DNA of 64,000 bases from Candidatus Magasanikbacteria bacterium RIFOXYD1_FULL_40_23. GTDB taxonomy: Bacteria > Patescibacteriota > Patescibacteriia > Magasanikbacterales > GWA2-37-8. The notes under the pieces were generated by a model. That model was not told the DNA's origin. It did not search any database and saw only the letters and a program-made list of their open reading frames with translations. This document shows positions 52,651 to 61,399 of the stretch, in pieces. The stretch covers positions 254,322 through 318,321 of the forward strand of contig MFRA01000005.1 in assembly GCA_001783215.1 (NCBI GenBank), given 5' to 3'. How positions within the stretch are numbered: the first letter of the stretch is position 1; the number at the start of each line of letters is the position of its first letter. Made by a program: the position numbers and the translations under genes.

Positions 52651-52747
52651 TGTCATTCCGAATCCCTTTTGTGGGGTGAGGAATCTTTGTCCATATTGTT
52701 GTTAAGTACAGAGATCCCTCGTCGCTACGGCTCGCTCGGGATGACAA
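52651..52747. repeat. Family-A-related palindromic element, variant copy (groES-groEL intergenic)
   Basis: tgtcattccgaatccc...gatccctcgtcgctacggctcgctcgggatgacaa. Terminal inverted repeats tgtcatYccg and the central gatcc are retained. Confidence 0.7.
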
Positions 52748-52780
52748 TACGTTGCATAATTCTTAATTCGTAATTCATAA

Positions 52781-54436
<1,656 letters not shown>

Positions 54437-54504
54437 AGTATAGGTGGAATGCTTGCCCGATAGAGCTTTAGCGAAGGCGGGTATTAAAATAAAATTAAAC
54501 AGAA

Positions 54505-54530
54505 GCGCTCCGAAAGGGGCGTTTTTTGTT
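54505..54530 (+). terminator. Rho-independent terminator after groEL
   Basis: cgctcc-gaaa-ggggcg followed by ttttttgttg. Confidence 0.6.
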
Positions 54531-54600
54531 GTAAAATATTAGATTACAGGGTAAAATTAAATTAACAATTAAAGCTTTAATGTTATTTTAGAAGCAAAGC

Positions 54601-55161
54601 TTGCTAATTTTATCAGGTCTCACAAATATGGAAAAAACATTTTTCATATTTGATTCAACCTTCGAAATTATGGTTCAAAATATAATAGCTGCCTTTGCAG
54701 GATTTCCGCCAGAATTAGTTACTTTTTTTGTAGCTATGACGCCCATACTGGAACAGAGGGTGGCGCTACCTATGGCCATTATTGGCTTTAATATGCCAGT
54801 GTGGAAGGCGCTAGCTATTACTTTGGCGGGTAATCTGTTACCCACCACAGCCCTTCTTTATTTTGCCGATAATTTTCATACATGGGTAAACAAACATTCC
54901 GGTACATTTTTTGGTAAAGCTTGGCTCAAAAGTTTGCACAATGCGCAAGAAAAATTTGCTAAGTACGAAAAATACGGTTTGTTAGGCCTGGCTTTATTTA
55001 TCGCTTTGCCTATTCCAGGTAGTGGAATTTTTACCGGCACGATGATTGCATTTCTAATGGGCGTGCCATTTAAGCATTCAGTCCCATATATTTGGGCAGC
55101 GGTTATTGGTTCGTCGCTGGTTACTATGTTTATATCAGTAGGTATTGATAAAGTATTCTAA
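54601..55161 (+). CDS. Small membrane protein (likely start MEKTFFIF, about 54628)
   Basis: Four hydrophobic helices. No motif recognised. Confidence 0.45.
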   Translation: MLILSGLTNMEKTFFIFDSTFEIMVQNIIAAFAGFPPELVTFFVAMTPILEQRVALPMAIIGFNMPVWKALAITLAGNLLPTTALLYFADNFHTWVNKHSGTFFGKAWLKSLHNAQEKFAKYEKYGLLGLALFIALPIPGSGIFTGTMIAFLMGVPFKHSVPYIWAAVIGSSLVTMFISVGIDKVF

Positions 55162-55227
55162 GTCTCCTTTTAGTCCCTTACCTTATAAGCGGTAGGGTAG
55201 AAGAGGGGTTTTTGTGGTAATGTTTAT

Positions 55228-55650
55228 ATGCAAGAAGATTTGGATCCGAATAAGGCAATTTATGTTGACCCGAAACATCAGGAGCATGCTTTTGATTTAC
55301 CTTTTTGGCGAGACAATGAAAAATTATGGGCGTTGGAAGTTCCAATAGAAGAAATGAACGTTGATGAGCTGCTTTGGATTTTAGATTTGCCTTTTTGGGA
55401 AGATGAAAAAGGTAATATTGTTATTGCACCTAAAGAAGTTATAAATAATCCGGAAAAATATCCAGCACATAGAGATAAAATCAAGGCTGCCGACACTTCT
55501 TATCCTATCGATATAATGAAAAACAAAAAAGGTAAGTGGCTAACCCTGGACGGTCTTCATCGACTTGTTAAACTAGTGTTAGCAAACGAACCAACTATTC
55601 AAGTAAGAAAAATTCCACCCGAACTTATACATCTTACAGCGCGAGATTAA
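55228..55650 (+). CDS. Hypothetical protein with an internal DLPFWxD duplication
   Basis: AFDLPFWRDNEKLWALEV and ILDLPFWEDEKGNIVIA repeats. 140 aa. Confidence 0.45.
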   Translation: MQEDLDPNKAIYVDPKHQEHAFDLPFWRDNEKLWALEVPIEEMNVDELLWILDLPFWEDEKGNIVIAPKEVINNPEKYPAHRDKIKAADTSYPIDIMKNKKGKWLTLDGLHRLVKLVLANEPTIQVRKIPPELIHLTARD

Positions 55651-55662
55651 ATCATCATCCCT

Positions 55663-56739
55663 ATGTCCGTAGAAGATTTGCATGAGTTACAATCCAAAAT
55701 AAAAGATACAAAAAAACTTCTTAATATTGACGATTTACAAAAAAAGCTTGAGCGGTTAGCCGAAGAGATGAATGCCCAAGATTTTTGGAGCAACCAAGAA
55801 ACTGCTCAGGTTGTGAGCCAAGATTATCAAGATATAAAAAAAGAAATAGAAAAGTTTGCCGATTTAGAAAAAAGAACAAATGATTTATTGGAGTTGTCTC
55901 AATCAGATGATAATTCTTTGGTAAGTGAGATTGACCAGCAGACAAAAAGTTTGCAAAAAGAGTTTGCTGATTACGAATTTTTGGTGTTACTTTCGGGGCC
56001 ATACGACAAAAATAATGTTATTTTATCTATTCATGCCGGCGCAGGTGGTACCGAAGCTCAAGATTGGGCCGAAATGCTTTTGCGTATGATAACGCGCTTT
56101 TCCGACAAGATGGGTTGGCAAACTAGAATTTTGGACGAGTCACGTGGGGCGGAAGCTGGTTATAAATCAGTAATGCTAGAAATAAAAGGACGGTTTGCTT
56201 ATGGATATCTAAAATCCGAACACGGCGTGCATAGATTAGTGCGCATATCTCCGTTTGATGCCGAAAAAATGCGCCATACTTCTTTTGCTTTGATAGAAGT
56301 TTTGCCAGAGCTGGACGATAGAGTAAAAATCGAAATAGATCCAAAAGATATTCGCATAGATACTTTTATGTCCGGAGGCAAGGGAGGTCAGAGTGTAAAT
56401 ACCACTTATTCGGCTGTGCGTATTGTGCATATTCCAACAAACATTTCTGTATCATGTCAAAACGAAAGATCTCAGCAGCAAAACAAAGATACGGCAATGA
56501 AGATTTTGCAATCTAAATTAAACGCCTTGGAAGAAGAAAAAAAAGCAAAAGAAAGATTGGAAATGAGAGGGGAGTACAAATCTGCCGAATGGGGAAATCA
56601 GATTCGTTCGTATGTGCTGCATCCGTATCATCTAGTAAAAGACAATCGAACAGAATACGAATCTGCCGATCCGGAGTCTGTATTAGAAGGAGAGTTATTG
56701 CCGCTTAGTGAAGCATATCTAAAGTGGATAAAAACGTAG
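55663..56739 (+). CDS. prfB: Peptide chain release factor 2, encoded without a programmed +1 frameshift
   Basis: SPF tripeptide motif (RISPFDAEKMRHTSF). GGQ motif in the unusual context GGKGGQSVN; canonical is GGQHVN. NERSQQQNKDTAM. Confidence 0.85.
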   Translation: MSVEDLHELQSKIKDTKKLLNIDDLQKKLERLAEEMNAQDFWSNQETAQVVSQDYQDIKKEIEKFADLEKRTNDLLELSQSDDNSLVSEIDQQTKSLQKEFADYEFLVLLSGPYDKNNVILSIHAGAGGTEAQDWAEMLLRMITRFSDKMGWQTRILDESRGAEAGYKSVMLEIKGRFAYGYLKSEHGVHRLVRISPFDAEKMRHTSFALIEVLPELDDRVKIEIDPKDIRIDTFMSGGKGGQSVNTTYSAVRIVHIPTNISVSCQNERSQQQNKDTAMKILQSKLNALEEEKKAKERLEMRGEYKSAEWGNQIRSYVLHPYHLVKDNRTEYESADPESVLEGELLPLSEAYLKWIKT

Positions 56740-56740
56740 T

Positions 56741-58504
56741 ATGCAAATTCTAAAGGAGTGTTATTTATCGCAAGCTGTTGCTTCATTGCTCGAAGGCAAG
56801 GTTTTGGTATTTCCTACAGAAACTTCTTATGGTTTAGGGTGTGATGCTACTAGTCAAAAATCAGTAGATAAAATTTTTAAAATGAAGGGCAGAGGTGATG
56901 ACAAGCCGTTGCTTATAGTGGTGCCAACTATAGATGTGGCCAGAAAATATTTGGAATGGAACGATGCGGTTGACCGGTTGGCCAAAGCGCATTGGCCAGG
57001 GGCTCTAACTATTGTGGGTATGGCCAAACCAAATTCTGGTCTGGCAAATGGTGTTATCTCAAAATTTGGTACAGTGGCGGTACGAGTCAGCGCCAACAAT
57101 GTAGTTAAATTTTTAAGCGAAAGTTTGGGCAAGGCGTTGGTGGCCACCTCTGCCAACATATCTGGTGCCGGAGACGTATATAATAGTAGCGAAGCACAAG
57201 CGATGTTTTCCGAAAAAGTTTTTCAACCGGATATTATTTTGGATTATGGCCAATTGGAGAAAAGGCCACCCACCACTATAGTGGATGCGACAAAAGATAA
57301 GATAAAAATTTTAAGACAAGGCCAAGTGAAAATTAAATTTCGAGAATTTTTTTCTATAAAAATAAAACCATGGATAGCTTGGATGGTAATTGGTATTGGA
57401 GCCATACTTTTTTCTATTTTATTTTTGACTCAATATGTTTTGGCTATGGCCGAAACAGAAAGCATGAGTGCGGTGGGTTTATTTCAAGCAGATCTTATAT
57501 CTGGCAATCACTTGGTAAATACTAGATATAAAAGAGCTCCGATAAAAGTAAAAGGCCTATACCTTACAGCCTACTCTGCCGGTGGCGAGAAAAAAATGGA
57601 TTCTATAATTAAATTAATAAACGAAACAGAGTTGAATGCGGTAGTTATAGATCTAAAAGATTATAGCGGTAAAGTTTTGTATGATTCCAAAATTCCTTTG
57701 GTTGATAATTTGAAATTACAAGACATTAGAATAAAAAATGTAGAAAAATTGCTTGCCAAATTAGATGAAAATAATATTTATAAAATTGCTCGTATTAGTG
57801 TTTTCCAAGATCCGATTTTGGCAGAAAAGAAACCGCAGTGGTCTATAAAATCCAAACAGGGAGGTTTGTGGAGGGATAAAAACCATTTAGCGTGGGTGGA
57901 TCCGGCCAATCCAGAAGTGTGGAAGTATGTAATTTCTGTGGCCAAAGAAGCTGGTCGTATGGGCTTTGATGAAATAAATTTTGACTATATACGTTTTCCA
58001 ACCGATGGTCGTATGTCCGATATAGTTTATACAAACGGGAACAGCAAACGTTACGAAGTGGTAGCTAAATTTTTTAAATTTTTATCTAAAGAGATGGAAG
58101 ATGAACCAGTCTTTATCTCCGCGGACTTGTTTGGCTTAACTACCGAAAAGAAAGGTGAAGACGACATGCAAATTGGTCAGCGATTGTCCGATGCGGTTTT
58201 GTATTTTGATTATGTTATGCCTATGGTCTATCCTTCGCATTACCCAAGTGGTTATAGGGGTTACAAAAATCCAGCCAATTATCCATATGAAGTTGTTTAT
58301 CAATCTATGAAAGCTGGAGTAAAACAAGCCGAAGGCAAAAAAGCCAAGCTTCGTAGCTGGATTCAGGCATTTAATCTAGGGGCAGTATATGATGGCGCAA
58401 AAATAAAATCCCAAATAAAAGCTACCGACGATGCTGGGGCAGACGGTTGGGTTCTGTGGAATGCGGCCAATAGGTATACAAGTGCCGGTTTAGAGAAAGA
58501 ATAA
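56741..58504 (+). CDS. Fusion protein: N-terminal L-threonylcarbamoyladenylate synthase (TsaC/YrdC) domain, one TM helix, C-terminal ~350-aa TIM-barrel-like putative glycoside-hydrolase-like (DUF4015/GHL-type) domain
   Basis: YrdC block LVFPTETSYGLGCDATSQKSVDKIFKMKGRGDDKPLLIVV...ATSANISG. TM IAWMVIGIGAILFSILFLTQYVLAM. C-terminal NAVVIDLKDYSGKVLYDS...FDEINFDYIRFP. Confidence 0.7.
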   Translation: MQILKECYLSQAVASLLEGKVLVFPTETSYGLGCDATSQKSVDKIFKMKGRGDDKPLLIVVPTIDVARKYLEWNDAVDRLAKAHWPGALTIVGMAKPNSGLANGVISKFGTVAVRVSANNVVKFLSESLGKALVATSANISGAGDVYNSSEAQAMFSEKVFQPDIILDYGQLEKRPPTTIVDATKDKIKILRQGQVKIKFREFFSIKIKPWIAWMVIGIGAILFSILFLTQYVLAMAETESMSAVGLFQADLISGNHLVNTRYKRAPIKVKGLYLTAYSAGGEKKMDSIIKLINETELNAVVIDLKDYSGKVLYDSKIPLVDNLKLQDIRIKNVEKLLAKLDENNIYKIARISVFQDPILAEKKPQWSIKSKQGGLWRDKNHLAWVDPANPEVWKYVISVAKEAGRMGFDEINFDYIRFPTDGRMSDIVYTNGNSKRYEVVAKFFKFLSKEMEDEPVFISADLFGLTTEKKGEDDMQIGQRLSDAVLYFDYVMPMVYPSHYPSGYRGYKNPANYPYEVVYQSMKAGVKQAEGKKAKLRSWIQAFNLGAVYDGAKIKSQIKATDDAGADGWVLWNAANRYTSAGLEKE

Positions 58505-58509
58505 TAGAT

Positions 58510-59739
58510 ATGCTTGGTGATAGAAAAAGTAAGTTAGAAAAGAATTTCTTCAAAATTTTTTTCATTAACGCCCTTCTTAATGTAAAGATGATAAATATTG
58601 TTATCTCTTTATTTTATGTTTACCGTAGTTTGCGAGTGGCAGATATTTTTTATTTAGGAGTTGTGTATTCGGCTACGGTAATACTAAGCGAGGTGCCATC
58701 AAGTTATTTGGCCGATAGATTTGGCAGAAAACGCACTATTATTATGGCCGCATTTTTTGGTCTTCTGCACTGGGTATTTTTTTTAACCGCAAATTCCTTT
58801 TTTCTATTTGCAATCGGCATAGTGTTTTATGCGCTGGCCGAATCTTGTATGAGCGGTACGGACGAAGCTTTTGTTTATGATACCAACAAAGAACTTAATA
58901 ACCAGTCTCAGTCATTACAAAAATTAAGTCGCTATTTTTCTTCCGAAAGATTTTTCAAAATATTTTCTGCGTTTTTGGGCGCTATTATTGCCAAAGATTT
59001 ACTGGATTGGCAATTTAACTCAATTATTATGGTAGATATGGTAGCGTCTGTGGTAGCTATTATCTTTGCCTTTACATTACTCGAGCCGAATCATTTTATG
59101 GATGTAGAAAAGCAGGAGGCTGGATTGATAAAGGATGCTTATAAAATTTTATCCAGAGACAAAACACTTATGTTTAGCGTACTTAATAAGCTGCTTGTGC
59201 TTATTGGCGCTCACTTGTGTTGGGCCTATGCCACGGTTTTCTTTGTTGATAACTTAAGCATATCTGTTGTAACTATGGGTATAGTTTGGAGCGTGTATCA
59301 TTTCTTGGTGTTGGGCGCCAGTCATTTTTTGCATTCTTTATGGCCAAATCATTCCGAAACAGTTAAGATTAATATGCTAAGCGCCGTTGTTTCGGCGGCT
59401 TTGGGGATGTTTCTTTTCAGTTGGTTCTTTTTCCCATATAAGTATATCCTTTTAGCGTTTTATCTTATAGTAGAATTCACTGCTTCTATAAGACAGCCTA
59501 TTTTTTCCAATATTTTTAATAAGCAATTCTTCTCCTATAATAGAGCTACCACCTTATCTATGGCCAATTTTGTCCAGCATGTATTTCAGATCCCGTTACT
59601 GCTGCTCACGGGCTGGCTTGTCGGTATAAATATTATTTTTCCGTATGTAGTTGCTTTATTCCTAGCGCTTGCCGCAGTTCTTTATTTTAGAATAAATCAA
59701 AAAGAACCTAACAATGTATATGTCTCAAAAACTATTTAA
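58510..59739 (+). CDS. MFS transporter
   Basis: About 11-12 TM helices. ADRFGRKRTII (MFS motif A-like GRKR) between TM2 and TM3. Confidence 0.75.
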   Translation: MLGDRKSKLEKNFFKIFFINALLNVKMINIVISLFYVYRSLRVADIFYLGVVYSATVILSEVPSSYLADRFGRKRTIIMAAFFGLLHWVFFLTANSFFLFAIGIVFYALAESCMSGTDEAFVYDTNKELNNQSQSLQKLSRYFSSERFFKIFSAFLGAIIAKDLLDWQFNSIIMVDMVASVVAIIFAFTLLEPNHFMDVEKQEAGLIKDAYKILSRDKTLMFSVLNKLLVLIGAHLCWAYATVFFVDNLSISVVTMGIVWSVYHFLVLGASHFLHSLWPNHSETVKINMLSAVVSAALGMFLFSWFFFPYKYILLAFYLIVEFTASIRQPIFSNIFNKQFFSYNRATTLSMANFVQHVFQIPLLLLTGWLVGINIIFPYVVALFLALAAVLYFRINQKEPNNVYVSKTI

Positions 59740-60622
59740 TGAAGATTATCTAAAGCATCTTTGCCAAAAATACAGCCTTACCCCGTCCAAAAAATATGGG
59801 CAGAATTATTTGGTAAATCCAGAGCCGATAGAAAAAATGGTAAATGCAGCAGAAATTAAAAAAGACGATGTGGTAGTAGAAGTGGGTCCGGGATTTGGCG
59901 TTCTTACGTTAGCTTTGGCAGAAAAGGCAAAAAAGGTAATTTCATTTGAAATTGAAAAAAAATTGACGACCTACTGGAAAAATATTACAGGTCATCCTGA
60001 ACGGAGTGAAGGATCCCTCTTGGCGAACGAAAGGGATTCTTCGGCAGAGCCTCAGAATGACAAATACAAGAATATAGAAATAGTTTGGGGAAATATATTA
60101 TACGAATTTAAAGGTGATGGATTAAAAGCGGGGGAGTACAAAGTAGTAGCCAATTTACCATACCAAATTACTTCGCATGTAATTAGGAAATTTTTGGAAA
60201 TGGAAAACAATCCAGATATGCTGGTGCTTATGGTGCAAAAAGAGGTAGCCGAAAGAATTTGTGCGCAAGCAGGTGATATGTCTGTTTTGGCGGTATCTGT
60301 TCAATATTATGGCAAGCCAGAGATTGTCACTTTTGTGCCACGTTCATCTTTTTGGCCAATGCCGGCGGTGGATTCGGCAGTAATAAAGATAAAAATAAAT
60401 AAAGATAATGCAGGTGCTAAAAATAATAGCGAATCTTTTTTCAAGCTTGTAAAAGCTGGTTTTTCTAGTCGTAGAAAAATGCTTATCAAAAATCTAAGCG
60501 CGGTAGCGGACAGGCAAGCTCTACGCAACCTATTTAAAGAACTGGGTATAGACGAAAAGGTGCGAGCGCAAGAATTAAGCGTGGAGCAGTGGAAAGAAAT
60601 AGTTGCCAAATTGTCATTCTGA
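59714..60622 (+). CDS. rsmA: 16S rRNA (adenine1518/1519-N6)-dimethyltransferase RsmA/KsgA. Has an in-frame Family-A repeat, and its last residues plus stop codon come from a second repeat copy.
   Basis: YGQNYLVNPE, VVEVGPGFGVLTLAL, NLPYQITS. Inserted peptide GHPERSEGSLLANERDSSAEPQNDKYKN. C-terminal ...KLSF-TGA lies inside ttgtcattctga. Confidence 0.85.
   Translation: MYMSQKLFNEDYLKHLCQKYSLTPSKKYGQNYLVNPEPIEKMVNAAEIKKDDVVVEVGPGFGVLTLALAEKAKKVISFEIEKKLTTYWKNITGHPERSEGSLLANERDSSAEPQNDKYKNIEIVWGNILYEFKGDGLKAGEYKVVANLPYQITSHVIRKFLEMENNPDMLVLMVQKEVAERICAQAGDMSVLAVSVQYYGKPEIVTFVPRSSFWPMPAVDSAVIKIKINKDNAGAKNNSESFFKLVKAGFSSRRKMLIKNLSAVADRQALRNLFKELGIDEKVRAQELSVEQWKEIVAKLSF
59991..60062. repeat. Family-A palindromic element, copy 4 (in frame in rsmA)
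   Basis: gtcatcctgaacggagtgaaggatccctcttggcgaacgaaagggattcttcggcagagcctcagaatgaca. Confidence 0.85.
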
Positions 60623-60684
60623 AAGAAGTGGGAGAGCTCCTTTTAAAGTTTAAGGGATCCTTCGCTGCTGTGGCGGCTCAGGAT
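60612..60684. repeat. Family-A palindromic element, copy 5 (partial; spans the rsmA stop codon and the downstream hairpin)
   Basis: ttgtcattctgaaagaagtgggagagctccttttaaagtttaagggatccttcgctgctgtggcggctcaggatgg, then hairpin ggtttttgc-ttgcgac-agcaaaaacc. Confidence 0.7.
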
Positions 60685-60801
60685 GGTTTTTGCTTGCGAC
60701 AGCAAAAACCACTTATCCCCATTATTTTTTTATTTTGTTTGTGTTATAATATTGGAAGTAAGCAAGTGAAGCAATGAAGCTTATTTTAACCGATAGTTAG
60801 T

Positions 60802-61392
60802 ATGCCAGAGGAGCAAGACGGCGGCGGGTTAAGAAAAGAACAGAAAATGGGGATAGCCCTGCTTTCTATTTTTGCCGTGTTTGCAATCGTCTTGGGTTTC
60901 TTGCAAATTCGCAATACCATGTATGCGCCCTTTGCTCTAAACAATAAAGTTCCTTATGTAGTAAGAGATGAAATAGATACAAACGAAGCACTCATGTATC
61001 GCGATACAGACAAAGACGGGCTTAATGATTTTGATGAGTTGTATGTTTATATTACTAGTCCATATTTGGCAGATACCGACTCCGACGGTCTAGATGATAA
61101 AACAGAAATAGAAAAAGGTACCAGTCCTATTTGTGCGGAAGGGCAAACTTGCTCCGAGCTTGCTGCCAATGAGGACACTTTGTTAAACACTGCTCCGGCA
61201 GATTCGGCAACTTCCACTTTGGGGCCACCGCCTTCTACCGAAGAGCTTGACCAGCTTATAAATAATCCGGCAGAAATCCGCAAGATGTTGCTCGCTTCTG
61301 GTTTTGACAAAAAGATATTGGATCAAACATCCGATGCCGACCTTATGAAAATGGTAAAAGATGTTTTAAATTCTACCAGCACAACCCCTTAA
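60802..61392 (+). CDS. Membrane-anchored hypothetical protein with thrombospondin-type-3-like Asp-rich (Ca-binding-like) repeats
   Basis: TM IALLSIFAVFAIVLGFL. DTDKDGLNDFDE and DTDSDGLDDKTE (DxDxDG loops). Confidence 0.45.
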   Translation: MPEEQDGGGLRKEQKMGIALLSIFAVFAIVLGFLQIRNTMYAPFALNNKVPYVVRDEIDTNEALMYRDTDKDGLNDFDELYVYITSPYLADTDSDGLDDKTEIEKGTSPICAEGQTCSELAANEDTLLNTAPADSATSTLGPPPSTEELDQLINNPAEIRKMLLASGFDKKILDQTSDADLMKMVKDVLNSTSTTP

Positions 61393-61399
61393 ACTTTAT

